56,042 bases of DNA from Polyangiales bacterium (GTDB lineage Bacteria > Myxococcota_A > Polyangia > Polyangiales > Ga0077539), in contig JAXLYI010000029.1 in NCBI GenBank assembly GCA_046351555.1, positions 109,727-165,768 of the forward strand, in the 5' to 3' direction. The stretch's first letter is position 1. Every line of letters starts with the position of its first letter. The translations under genes were made by a program, and so were the position numbers. Below the pieces are notes generated by a model. The model saw only the letters and a program-made list of their open reading frames with translations. It was not told the origin of the DNA and ran no database searches. Below, one piece after another: positions 47,251 through 56,042 of the stretch.

Positions 47251-47961
47251 TCACGCCGCCTTCGGCCGCTGCCGCGCGACGACGGCCTTGAGGATCGCCG
47301 CGATCGCGTCCGCCTCGGCGTGCTCGGAGAGCTCGCGCGACGGGTGATAGTCCGCCCGCACCGCCGCGCCCCCGTCGCCCTCGGCGCGCGCGAAGCGACC
47401 CCGCACGAAGGTCCACGCGTCGCCGATGGTGAAGCAGCCGAACACCTCGTGCTCGGCGTGGGGGTCGTCGTCGAGCCGCCGCAGCGCGAGGGAGAGCATC
47501 GCCCCCTGGAGCTGCGGCAGCGGGTCGGCCGCGTCGAGCGCCCGCTTCGCCTCCACCACGAGGAAGAAGGGGTCGACCGGCTGCCCCGCGGCGTCGGCCG
47601 CGAGCGCGCCGTCGACGATCCCGTGGAGCCGCAGGGCCGCGCCGTCGAGCCCGCGGAGGTCGCCGCGCACGACGACGTTCAGCGCGACCTGCGACCACGC
47701 CCGGACGTCGTCGACCTCGGCCACCATGAGCAGGGGGTAGATCGCGCGGGCCCAGAGGGTCGCCTCGTTCGCGCGGCTGGTGCTGGTGAAGGCGAGGCGG
47801 CGCCGCAGCGCGTCGAGGTCGGCGCGCTCCTGCGCGGAGAGGGCGGTGGTCGCGAAGGTGGCCCAGGGCTCCGCCGCGGAGGCGTGGAGCCGCGCCTGGA
47901 GGAACGGCAGGTCGAGCGCGCCGTCGGCGGCGGTGAGCTCGGAGAACGGGAGCGTCTTCAT
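47251..47961 (-). CDS. hypothetical protein, possible PD-(D/E)XK-like nuclease fold (weak)
   Basis: 236 aa. Possible D...EAK motif in DPFFLVVEAKRALD. Divergent from the recombinase gene. Confidence 0.4.
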   Translation of the reverse strand: MKTLPFSELTAADGALDLPFLQARLHASAAEPWATFATTALSAQERADLDALRRRLAFTSTSRANEATLWARAIYPLLMVAEVDDVRAWSQVALNVVVRGDLRGLDGAALRLHGIVDGALAADAAGQPVDPFFLVVEAKRALDAADPLPQLQGAMLSLALRRLDDDPHAEHEVFGCFTIGDAWTFVRGRFARAEGDGGAAVRADYHPSRELSEHAEADAIAAILKAVVARQRPKAA

Positions 47962-48077
47962 AGGCGCCGCAGTGGAACCGCGCCGGAGGACGTCGGTCAA
48001 GGGGCGCGCTGCTGCATCGACGTTGCCGCCCGCCGCCACGCCGCCCGCTGCCACGCCGCCCGCTGGGGGCACCCTAC

Positions 48078-48113
48078 GCTCTCCAGCACGCGTAAGGTAA
48101 ACGCCGACGCGAC
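48078..48113 (-). promoter_or_regulatory. copy 3 of the recurrent motif (partial), minus orientation, ~120 bp upstream of the hypothetical gene at 47961
   Basis: Reverse complement is ccgtcgcgtcggcgtttaccttacgcgtgctggagag. Confidence 0.45.
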
Positions 48114-48441
48114 GGTCTACACATAACCCTCCTGTACCGGGGGGAACGCACGCCCCTCGGCCGCCCCGGCCGCCTCCTCTGACAGACGCGCCCCCGCGGC
48201 CGGTCGTCGCCGCGTCCGGGCTGCTCGCGCTGGCTCGCTGGATGGCGACACTCCGGGATGGCCAGGAAACGCCCACCCTCCGCCCCGCCGGCTCAACTCC
48301 CGCTGCCGCTCCCCGAGACGCGAGCCCCGCAGTTCACCTGGGGCGCACTCCCTCAGAACTCACGTCGGGTCGTGATCGGGGTGCTCCGTGCGATGGTGCT
48401 CCAGTGGCTCGCGCGACCGCGCGCCGACGAGGGGGGACGCG

Positions 48442-50616
48442 ATGAGCGCCAACTCCCCTGACGCCAACTCCCACGCCGCGGTCTACTCCTCGAAGGTCGC
48501 CTCGCGTCACCACGAGCGCATCGCCATCGTCTACGTCCGCCAGTCCACCAACTACCAGCTCCTGCACCACCAGGAGTCCACGAGGATGCAGTACGACCTC
48601 GTCGACCGCGCCGTCGCGCTCGGGTGGCGTCGCGACCGTGTCCTCGTGATCGACGCGGATCTCGGTCGCTCGGGCGCGAGCACGGAGGGGCGGCCGGGCT
48701 TCAAGCACATGGTGGCGGAGGTCGGCCTCGGTCACGTCGGGATCCTGCTCGGCGTCGACGTGTCGCGGATCGCGCGCAACTGCCGCGACTGGTACCAGCT
48801 GCTCGAGATGTGCTCGCTCTTCGGCACGCTCATCAGCGACCTGGACGGGGTCTACGACCCGAGCCACTACAACGACCGGCTGCTGCTCGGCCTCAAGGGG
48901 ACGATGAGCGAGGCCGAGCTGCACACGATCAAGATGCGCATGCTGGAGGGGCGTCTGCACAAGGCCGAGCGCGGCGAGCTCGCCATGCAACTGCCGACGG
49001 GCTACGTGCGCCGCCCCTCGGGCGAGGTCGCGCTGGAGCCCGACGAGCAGGCGCGCGCGGTGGTCGCGCTGGTCTTCGACGTCTTCGACCGGTGCGGCTC
49101 GCTCAGCGGGGTGCTGCGGCACCTCGTGTCGAACGGCATCCAGCTCCCCGTGCGCGTCCAGCACGGCCCCGAGAGGGGAGATCTGCAGTGGCGTCGCCCC
49201 GTCCGGATGACGCTGTACGGCATCCTGACGCATCCGATCTACGCGGGCGTGTACGTGTGGGGGCGTCGCACGCGCGATCCGCGCCGCAGAGACCCGGCGC
49301 GCGCCGGGAGCGGGCGCGTCTTCACGCGCGCCGCTCGCGGCATGGTGTACCTTCCCAGCCGGGCGCCGGCCTACATCACGGAGGAGCGCTACGAGATGAA
49401 TCGCGCGCGACTCTCCGGCAACCGCCAGATCCAGCGGGGGGCTCCGCGCTCCGGCGACGCGCTCGTCGCGGGGCTGCTGCGCTGCGGCCGATGCGGCCAC
49501 CGCATGGGCACCAACTACAACGAGCACCCCCGCTACGCGTGCACGCACGAGTCGAGGACCTACGCGGGGCCGATCTGTCAGTCGCTCGCCGCGGCGTGCG
49601 TCGACGAGGCCGTCGAGGCGCTGCTGCTGCGCGCGCTGGAGCCCGCGTCGCTTGAGGTCAGCCTCGCGGTCGCGGCGGACATCGACGCGGAGCGGACGCG
49701 CACCGAGACGATGTGGCTGCAGCGGCTCGAGCGCGCGCAGCAGGACGTCGATCGCAGCCGCCGTCAGTACAACGCCGTCGAGCCGGAGAACCGTCTGGTC
49801 GCTCGCACGCTGGAGCGGCAGTTGGAGGAGCACCTGCGCGCGAAGCTCGAGCTCCAGGAGAACTACCGGCGCTATCAGGCGGAGCGCCCCGGGACGCTGA
49901 CGGCGGATGAGCGCGAGATGATCCGCGGCCTCGCGTCGGACGTCCCCGCGCTGTGGCGCGCATCGACCACGACGATCGCGCAGAGGAAGTCCATCGTCCA
50001 CCAGCTCGTGCAGGAGGTCGCCGTGACGGTCGACGGCGAGAGCGAGCGCGTCGACCTGGCGATCCGATGGGTCGGCGGTCACCGCACCCAGACGCGGCTC
50101 GCGCGCCCCGTGGCGAAGCTCTCGCAGCTCAGCTACTACGCGGACCTGCTGGCCCGCGCGCGCGCCCTTCGACTCGAGGGCGGGAGCTACGGCGACATCG
50201 CGTCGGCGCTCAACGCGGAGGGCTGGCGCCCCGCGAGGCAGCGCGGCGACTTCAGCGACTCGATGGTGAGCACGCTCCTCGCGGAACGTGACGGCACGAG
50301 GCCGCGGCGCGCGCGGGGCGACGCCGCACACGCGCGTGACGCACGTCGCGGCGACGACGGCCATCACGGCGGCGATGCTCTCAGCGACGCCGAGCTGCGC
50401 GAGCACGAATGGACGCCGGACGCGCTCGCGAAGCAGCTCGACGTGCACGTCTCTACGCTGCACCGCTGGGTCCACAAAGGGCAGATGAAGGGGCGCAAGA
50501 TCCCGAGCGCGAACCTCATGGGCCGCTGGCTGCTGTGGGCCGACCCCGACGAGTTGGGGCGGCTGCGCGCGCTCCGCGCGACGGCGAACGCGTCGCCGTC
50601 CCACGCCTCCAAGTAG
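48442..50616 (+). CDS. large serine recombinase (resolvase catalytic domain + recombinase domain + zinc ribbon + coiled coil + C-terminal HTH)
   Basis: Catalytic Ser block IAIVYVRQSTNYQ. Zn ribbon LRCGRCGHRMGTNYNEHPRYAC. C-terminal HTH-like LAKQLDVHVSTLHRWVHKG. Confidence 0.85.
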   Translation: MSANSPDANSHAAVYSSKVASRHHERIAIVYVRQSTNYQLLHHQESTRMQYDLVDRAVALGWRRDRVLVIDADLGRSGASTEGRPGFKHMVAEVGLGHVGILLGVDVSRIARNCRDWYQLLEMCSLFGTLISDLDGVYDPSHYNDRLLLGLKGTMSEAELHTIKMRMLEGRLHKAERGELAMQLPTGYVRRPSGEVALEPDEQARAVVALVFDVFDRCGSLSGVLRHLVSNGIQLPVRVQHGPERGDLQWRRPVRMTLYGILTHPIYAGVYVWGRRTRDPRRRDPARAGSGRVFTRAARGMVYLPSRAPAYITEERYEMNRARLSGNRQIQRGAPRSGDALVAGLLRCGRCGHRMGTNYNEHPRYACTHESRTYAGPICQSLAAACVDEAVEALLLRALEPASLEVSLAVAADIDAERTRTETMWLQRLERAQQDVDRSRRQYNAVEPENRLVARTLERQLEEHLRAKLELQENYRRYQAERPGTLTADEREMIRGLASDVPALWRASTTTIAQRKSIVHQLVQEVAVTVDGESERVDLAIRWVGGHRTQTRLARPVAKLSQLSYYADLLARARALRLEGGSYGDIASALNAEGWRPARQRGDFSDSMVSTLLAERDGTRPRRARGDAAHARDARRGDDGHHGGDALSDAELREHEWTPDALAKQLDVHVSTLHRWVHKGQMKGRKIPSANLMGRWLLWADPDELGRLRALRATANASPSHASK

Positions 50617-50772
50617 GCACACCCACCTCCGCTCGCGTCGCGCTCTCGTGGTCCGCCCCCGGTGGTAGAATTACGGCCGCGCGTTCGCGCGACGGGCGTG
50701 TCGACTCACAGATCGTCACGCCCGTCAACCATGAGATCTCCCAGGAACAGGTGCATCATGTCTACGCCTCCG

Positions 50773-50815
50773 CGTCGGCGTTTACATGTCGCGTGCTGGA
50801 GAGGGGAGTGGCGCC
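50773..50815 (+). promoter_or_regulatory. copy 4 of the recurrent motif, plus orientation, 157 bp after the recombinase stop
   Basis: cgtcggcgtttacatgtcgcgtgctggagaggggagtggcgcc. Together with copy 3 it forms an imperfect inverted pair around the recombinase gene. Confidence 0.5.
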
Positions 50816-50836
50816 CGCTGCTCCATTCGTTGCCCG

Positions 50837-53725
50837 TCAGAACGCCCCCGTGGCCCCCTTGGTCGCGCCCGCGTCGCGCCGCATGCGCGGCCGTCGCCCC
50901 GCGCCCGCATCCACGCGCGCCGTCCCCGCGTCGACGCGCGCTGCTGGGGGCTCCGGCGCCGGCTCCGTCGTCGCCACCGGCGGGGCCGGCGGCTGGAACG
51001 CGAGGCGCTTCACCGTCACGGTCACCTCGACGCCGCCGAGTCGCGTGTGGAGCGTCTCCTCGCGGCCGCCGCGCCAGATGAACCACGCGCCGCCGACGCG
51101 GTCGGGCAGCGCCCAATCCATCTCGTCGACCGCCACGCGGAACGGGACCCCCGGCACCAGCCGCGCCGCGTCGATCGTCCCCTCGCAGTGGCGCGTCCCC
51201 TCGCACGGGCCGATGTGCACCGACTCGCCGCGCGGGCGAACCGTGCCGCGCAGGTCGGGCGGGCTGTCGTCCGGGTCCCACGGGCGGCCGAGGCGCGTCC
51301 GGTCGGCGTCCATGCGGACCTTGATCTGAACCCACACCTCGGTCCCGACCGCGGCCGCGGGCTCGGGCGGGTCGGCGGTGACGCGCGCCGCCCACCACGA
51401 CCACGCGCCGAAGCCCACGCCCGCGAGCGACGCGAGCACCACCAACGCGGTGAGCCACGATCCCCGCGCGGCCGGCGGCGCCCCGGCGGCGGGGACGTGG
51501 CGCGCGGTGGTGTCGGGCAGATCCACCGCGAGCGCGGGCGAGGGGACCGGGTCGCCGAACGAGCGGGCGAGCATCCCGATCACCTCGTCGGCGTGGTCCG
51601 CGGCGCGCGCCTGGGCGGGCGCGAGGAAGGCGTTGTGGAAGAGCCCGCGCGCGGTGACGGCGTCGGTCACGTTGGAGAGCGCCACCCACAGCACCGCGCT
51701 GCCCGAGGCGGCCTGGTCGCGCAGGGGCTCCCAGCGACGTCGGCTGCCGCCGGTCGCGCCCGTGACGTGGGTGTAGCCGCGGAAGGTCGCGCGGTCGCCG
51801 GGGGCCGTCGGGTCGAGCGGGAGGTGGCGCATCCCGCAGAGGAGCGCGAGCTTGAGCGCGAGGTGGCCCGCGGGCAGACGTCCGGCCTCGCCGCGCAGCC
51901 ACGCCACGGCGTCGCGCAGGGCCACCGCCGCCGCGCCCGGCGCCGACGGGAGCACGTTGGCCCCGCCGTGGAAGCGCTCGAGCCAGTCGAGCACGTAGCC
52001 CCGCGCGGTCTGCGCCTCGAGCTGCTGCCACGAGCGCTCGTAGGCGCGGACGAGGTCTTCGGGCGAGGTGACGCCGAGGTCGGCCGGGCCCCACTCGAGC
52101 ACGAGCCCGCGGTGGTCGAGCGCCCAGAGGAGCGCGTTGAGCTCGCGGTCCTCGTCGCGCGGGGGCCGTGGGAGCGCGGGGAGCTCGACGCCGGGCGCCA
52201 CCACGTCGAGCCACGCGAGGAGCTCGCCGGTTCGAAGCGCGCGCTTGAGCGAGTCCCACACGTCGGCGACCTGCGCCGTCACCCGCAGCGGCGCGGGCGA
52301 GGTGAGCACCACCGCGTTGCCGGCGCCGTCGGCCACCGTCAGCGTCGTGGTGCGCGCGTGCTGGTAGAGGCCGCGCCACACCGGGAGTTGGTCGTTGGTG
52401 CGGCGCGCGTCGGCGCGGGCGCGGCGGAGGCGGTCGGCCCACTGCTCGTCGCGCAGCACCGGTGGCAGCGATTCGAGCCACGCCAGGAGGTCGCCCGAGG
52501 CGTGGAGGGAGGCGAGCGGTTCGCGCAGCTCGGGGCGGGAGAGGACCGCGCGGGCGAGCGAGTCGGGGTCGCCCACGGCCGCGTCGCCCACCACCAGGGG
52601 CTCGCCGAGCGACCAGGCGAGGCGCTTCATCCCCGTGGCCTCGCCGCGCGCGACGAGGTCGGCGGCGCCGGCGGCCGGGGCCCAGCCCTGCGCGCGGAGC
52701 CACGCGCCGAGCGTCCCTTCGCGGGCCGCGCGCGACAGGTCGTCGAGCACCACCGAACCCCGGCGCACGGCGGCGGCGATCTCGCCCGGCGACCGGAGCC
52801 ACGTCGCGCCCACCACCAGCACGCGGAGCCCGAGCGCCCACGCCTGTGAGTGGAGCGCGAGGGACTCGGCGTCGCCGCGGTCGGCCACCTGGCGCGCGTC
52901 GCGCGAGCGCGACACCACCTCGGGCGACGCGGCGTTGGCGCGGAGCCACGCGAGCACGGTCCCGCTCCGCACGGCCTCGTAGCCCTGCGCGGGGTGCCGG
53001 AGCAGCGCGACCGCCGCGTCGTCCATGGTGCTCGGCGCGCCCGGCAGCGCGTGGAGCGGCGACCACGATCCCTGGCCCGGCGCGGGGAGCGCGTAGCCCC
53101 GCTCGCGCGCGACGCCGCGGGCGGTGTCGGCGTCGAGCCCGCGTGATTCGGCGGCCTCGACGAGGCGTTCGAGCTCGGCGGGGGTGAGCGGGCGGGGCGC
53201 GCCGGCGAGCACGCGGAGGGCCTCTTCGAGCGCGGCCACCTGCGCGCGGCGGAGCTCGGCGAGGGCGGCCTCGGCGCGCCCGTCCTCGGGCCCGAGGGCG
53301 TCGAGGCGCGACTGGAGCGCTCGCTGCGCGACCTCGGCCTGCGCGCGGGCGGCGGCGTCGCGACGGGCGACGGCGTCGATGGCGCGTCGGGCGAAGTCGC
53401 AGCGGGCGCGGAGGGCGGCGTCGGGCGGCGGCGTGCGGAGAAGCTCCGCGGGCGCCACGTCGGGCCAGAGGGCCGCCATCAGCGGGCGGTCGGTGACGAG
53501 CGCGGCGACGACGGCGACGGACACCTGGTCGCTGAGCGGGGCGGTCCGGTCGGCCGCGCGGACCTTGCGGCGCTGACCCCCCGCGGGGCCCTCGGCGAGG
53601 CCGTCGTCGGGGGCGCTGGCGGGCTCGAGCCACGGGGCGCCCGACGCCGAGGGGGCCGCGGGGGCGGGCGTCGACGGGGAGGCGTCGACCTCCAAAAAGA
53701 CCTCGCGGGGTTCGCTCTCGGGCAC
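50837..53725 (-). CDS. large (~960 aa) modular protein: ~100-aa helical repeats with a recurring LAWL motif, one TM helix, and a C-terminal extracytoplasmic domain
   Basis: Repeats TVLAWLRAN, LGAWLRAQG, DLLAWLESL, ELLAWLDVV, YVLDWLERF. TM helix WLTALVVLASLAGVGFGAWSWWAA. Start placed at a GTG just outside the family-B element; true start uncertain. Confidence 0.45.
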   Translation of the reverse strand: MPESEPREVFLEVDASPSTPAPAAPSASGAPWLEPASAPDDGLAEGPAGGQRRKVRAADRTAPLSDQVSVAVVAALVTDRPLMAALWPDVAPAELLRTPPPDAALRARCDFARRAIDAVARRDAAARAQAEVAQRALQSRLDALGPEDGRAEAALAELRRAQVAALEEALRVLAGAPRPLTPAELERLVEAAESRGLDADTARGVARERGYALPAPGQGSWSPLHALPGAPSTMDDAAVALLRHPAQGYEAVRSGTVLAWLRANAASPEVVSRSRDARQVADRGDAESLALHSQAWALGLRVLVVGATWLRSPGEIAAAVRRGSVVLDDLSRAAREGTLGAWLRAQGWAPAAGAADLVARGEATGMKRLAWSLGEPLVVGDAAVGDPDSLARAVLSRPELREPLASLHASGDLLAWLESLPPVLRDEQWADRLRRARADARRTNDQLPVWRGLYQHARTTTLTVADGAGNAVVLTSPAPLRVTAQVADVWDSLKRALRTGELLAWLDVVAPGVELPALPRPPRDEDRELNALLWALDHRGLVLEWGPADLGVTSPEDLVRAYERSWQQLEAQTARGYVLDWLERFHGGANVLPSAPGAAAVALRDAVAWLRGEAGRLPAGHLALKLALLCGMRHLPLDPTAPGDRATFRGYTHVTGATGGSRRRWEPLRDQAASGSAVLWVALSNVTDAVTARGLFHNAFLAPAQARAADHADEVIGMLARSFGDPVPSPALAVDLPDTTARHVPAAGAPPAARGSWLTALVVLASLAGVGFGAWSWWAARVTADPPEPAAAVGTEVWVQIKVRMDADRTRLGRPWDPDDSPPDLRGTVRPRGESVHIGPCEGTRHCEGTIDAARLVPGVPFRVAVDEMDWALPDRVGGAWFIWRGGREETLHTRLGGVEVTVTVKRLAFQPPAPPVATTEPAPEPPAARVDAGTARVDAGAGRRPRMRRDAGATKGATGAF

Positions 53726-53826
53726 CGTCAGCGCGCGGCAGCGTGCAGCACCCCCCCGGCGGGCGCAAGGGCGGCGGTGGCCCCGCTGGGATTCGGAGCA
53801 GGTTCTGTTTCGCGGTGTGGTCGCGC

Positions 53827-54080
53827 TCGCCTCGCCTCCATCCCCGCTCGCCGAGCCTCGCGCGTTTCCCCTTCCTCCGCCGCAGGAAGCGGCAGAGGAA
53901 GGGCGCTGTTTCGTCTCAGACGCTCCGCTCTCGCGCGCTCCGGGCAACGCGTACTACGAACGTCGACGACTCCGAGCCCGCGCGTGCTGTAGATGTTCTA
54001 GAGGCCCTTCCTCTGCCGCTTCCTGCGGCGGAGGAAGGGGAAACGCGCGAGGCTCGGCGAGCGGGGATGGAGGCGAGGCG
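53827..54080. repeat. family-B palindromic hairpin element, copy 2 (perfect 77-bp arms, unrelated ~100-nt AT-richer loop)
   Basis: 53827-53903 is the exact reverse complement of 54004-54080. The arm differs from copy 1 (gccgagcctcg versus gcttcgctcg) with the mirrored change in the opposite arm. Confidence 0.85.
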
Positions 54081-54135
54081 AGCGGGCCCGCACCGCGAGA
54101 CAAAACCTACTCCGAACCCCCACGGCGGCGAGCCG

Positions 54136-55857
54136 TTACATCCGCGCGGGGACGTGCGCGCGGAAGGTGACGATGCCCGACGCGCCCCCGGAGGCCACGC
54201 GCTGCGCCGCGAAGCGGTTGGCCACGCACTGCGCCACGTCGGGGTCGCCGTCGTTGTCGTCGGCCGGGCGCGCGATGGGGACGGCGCCGTCGGGCCGCAC
54301 GATCGCCAGCACCTCGACGTCCTCGTCGGAATCCGCCCCGCATCCAGCCATTCCCGGAGCGGCCGCGCGGAGCGCCTGCTCGACCGCGTCGACGGGCACC
54401 GTCCCCACCACCCGCGGCGCGCCCAGCGTCACGGCCCCCGGCGCGGGCGCCGGCGGCTGCGGCGGGGCGATGGGCTGCATCGCGGGCGGCGGGGCGCTCG
54501 GCGGCGCGGGAACGAGCGACGACTGCGGCGGCGGGATCGGCGTCATCTGCGGCTGCTCGGGGGCCCCGCGGGAGCTCGCGCCGTCGGCGGCGAAGTAGCT
54601 GATGAGCATCGTGCCGCCGCAGCAGAAGAGCACGAGCGCGACGACGACGCCCAGCACGATCAGCGCGATGCGGGTCGCGCCCCCGCCCGCGGCGGCCGGC
54701 GGCGGCGGCGCGGCGTGCATCGTCGGGACGTGCGGCCCGGCGAGGAGGTTGGGGGCCGAGGGCGCGCCCCACGGCGCGGACGTGACCGGCGGCGGCGTCG
54801 CCACGTGCGGCGGCGCGGGCGGCGGCCCGGCGGGGGCGACCGTGACGGGCATCGCGAGCGCGGTCGGCGCCCAGCCCTGCGCCCCGGAGCCCTGCGGCGC
54901 CGTCGGGAGCGAGGCGCCGCCGCCCAGCGAGCGGCGGAGCGCGTCGGCGAAGGCCGCGGCCGTCTGGAAGCGCTGCGACGCCTCGCGGGCCAGCGCCTGC
55001 TCGACGACGGCGACGAGCGCGTGGGGCACGTCGGGCGCCACCTCCAGCAGCGGCGTCGGCGGCGTCGTGCACGCCTTCACGATCAGCTCGGCGGTGTTGG
55101 CGCCGTCGTAGGGGAGCCGGCCCGCGAGCATCTCGTAGAGCATCACGCCCGTCGCGTAGATGTCGACGCGGCGGTCGACCTCCTTCGGGCTCATGATCTG
55201 CTCGGGCGCCATGTAGACGGGCGTGCCGATCATCGTGCCCGTCTGGGTGATCTGCTGCTGCGGCGCGCCGCTCGGGTCGGTGAACTTGCTGATGCCGAAG
55301 TCGAGCACGGTGACGAACTCCGGCGTCGCCGGGTCGGGCGTGCGGCGCACGAAGACGTTGGCCGGCTTCATGTCGCGGTGCACGATGCCCGCGGCGTGGG
55401 CGGCCTCGAGGCCGTCGAGCACCTGCGTCACCAGCGCCACCGCGCGCGGCGGGGAGAGGCGACGCTCGCGGCGGAGCACGGCCTCGAGCCCCTCGCCCTC
55501 CAGGAGCTCCATCACGAGGAAGGGCCGCCCGTCGGCGGTGGCGCCGCAGTCGTGGACGCGGATGATGTGGGGGTTGCCCACCGTGGCCGCCGCCCGCGCC
55601 TCGCGGAGGAAGCGCTCGAGCATGTCGCCGCGCCGCGCGAACTCCGCGTGCAGGAGCTTGATCGCCACGTGCTGGTTGAGCATCGCGTGGCGGGCCTTGT
55701 AGACGGCCCCCATGCCGCCGTCGCCGAGGAGCCGCTCGACCTCGTAGCGGTCGATGCGCGAGCCGCAGGGGCCGCTGCCCACGGGCTGCCCGGTGCGGGG
55801 GCACAGGGTGGCGTCGGACGGGTGGGCGTCGCCGCAGGAGGTGCAACGGATCATCGG
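54136..55857 (-). CDS. Ser/Thr protein kinase with N-terminal zinc-ribbon, a TM helix and a Pro-rich extracytoplasmic C-terminus
   Basis: Zinc ribbon MIRCTSCGDAHPSDATLCPRTGQ. Kinase motifs GGMGAVYKA, HRDMKPANVF, DFGISK, APEQ. TM helix IALIVLGVVVALVLFCCGG. Confidence 0.8.
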   Translation of the reverse strand, partial: PMIRCTSCGDAHPSDATLCPRTGQPVGSGPCGSRIDRYEVERLLGDGGMGAVYKARHAMLNQHVAIKLLHAEFARRGDMLERFLREARAAATVGNPHIIRVHDCGATADGRPFLVMELLEGEGLEAVLRRERRLSPPRAVALVTQVLDGLEAAHAAGIVHRDMKPANVFVRRTPDPATPEFVTVLDFGISKFTDPSGAPQQQITQTGTMIGTPVYMAPEQIMSPKEVDRRVDIYATGVMLYEMLAGRLPYDGANTAELIVKACTTPPTPLLEVAPDVPHALVAVVEQALAREASQRFQTAAAFADALRRSLGGGASLPTAPQGSGAQGWAPTALAMPVTVAPAGPPPAPPHVATPPPVTSAPWGAPSAPNLLAGPHVPTMHAAPPPPAAAGGGATRIALIVLGVVVALVLFCCGGTMLISYFAADGASSRGAPEQPQMTPIPPPQSSLVPAPPSAPPPAMQPIAPPQPPAPAPGAVTLGAPRVVGTVPVDAVEQALRAAAPGMAGCGADSDEDVEVLAIVRPDGAVPIARPADDNDGDPDVAQCVANRFAAQRVASGGASGIVTFRAHVPARM

Positions 55858-56025
55858 GGCGCGCGAGCATCCCACGAATCCGCCGCCGGGAGAAACCCGC
55901 GAGCGCGCCCCCCGTCGAAGCGTCGGCTTGCCCACGAGATGCGCAGCGCCTCGCGCGGAAGTGCTTGTCCGCCAGGAGATCCCGGAGGTAGGAGCACCTG
56001 GCTCATCTGCTCGCGGCGCCGAGTG

Positions 56026-56042
56026 CCCATCCCCGCTCGCCG
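56026..56042. repeat. probable start of a third family-B element, truncated by the window end
   Basis: cccatccccgctcgccg matches the copy-2 arm start (cctccatccccgctcgccg). Confidence 0.4.

Noticed and set aside
50706-53768. Alternative 1020-aa minus-strand ORF and the 50786..52849 plus-strand ORF overlapping the LAWL-repeat protein
   Set aside because: Poly-Arg/Pro/Gly composition. The 50837..53947 frame has structured repeats and a TM helix.

Overview
This 56 kb window is very GC-rich (about 70%+), so all six frames carry long spurious ORFs. Only ORFs with recognisable protein motifs, signal peptides or start/stop coupling were called. The content looks like a Myxococcota-type chromosome: many lipoproteins, Cys-rich repeat secreted proteins, eukaryotic-like Ser/Thr kinases, and an ECF sigma factor.

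Gene content in order:
- ECF sigma factor with a putative anti-sigma factor.
- A Cys-rich lipoprotein.
- A tightly coupled ACP / CFA-synthase-like methyltransferase / fatty-acyl-AMP-ligase / alpha/beta-hydrolase operon.
- Acyl-CoA carboxyltransferase (PccB-like).
- Two lipoproteins.
- smpB.
- An esterase and an outer-membrane beta-barrel pair.
- PhoD phosphatase.
- Multicopper oxidase.
- LCCL and OmpA lipoproteins.
- A small peptide followed by a P4H-like 2OG oxygenase.
- GH5 glycosidase.
- DUF455 with a beta-propeller.
- tRNA-Cys.
- A membrane sulfatase-HEAT fusion.
- Two near-identical Rpn/YhgA-like nuclease paralogs bracketing three secreted-protein genes.
- Ser/Thr kinase operon.
- Hybrid histidine kinase.
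- DnaQ-like exonuclease.
- Uma2 endonuclease.
- SGNH-type esterase.
- PQQ-like propeller.
- A large serine recombinase.
- A roughly 960 aa modular repeat protein.
- A second Ser/Thr kinase.

The most unusual signal is non-coding. There are two families of roughly 240-260 bp elements built from perfect 68-77 bp inverted-repeat arms around variable 90-110 nt loops. Where copies differ, the change is mirrored in both arms. Two copies are flanked by duplicated 3' ends of the neighbouring genes. A separate roughly 40 nt motif recurs about 100-130 bp upstream of four genes at roughly 2.6 kb spacing and in alternating orientation; two copies bracket the serine recombinase.
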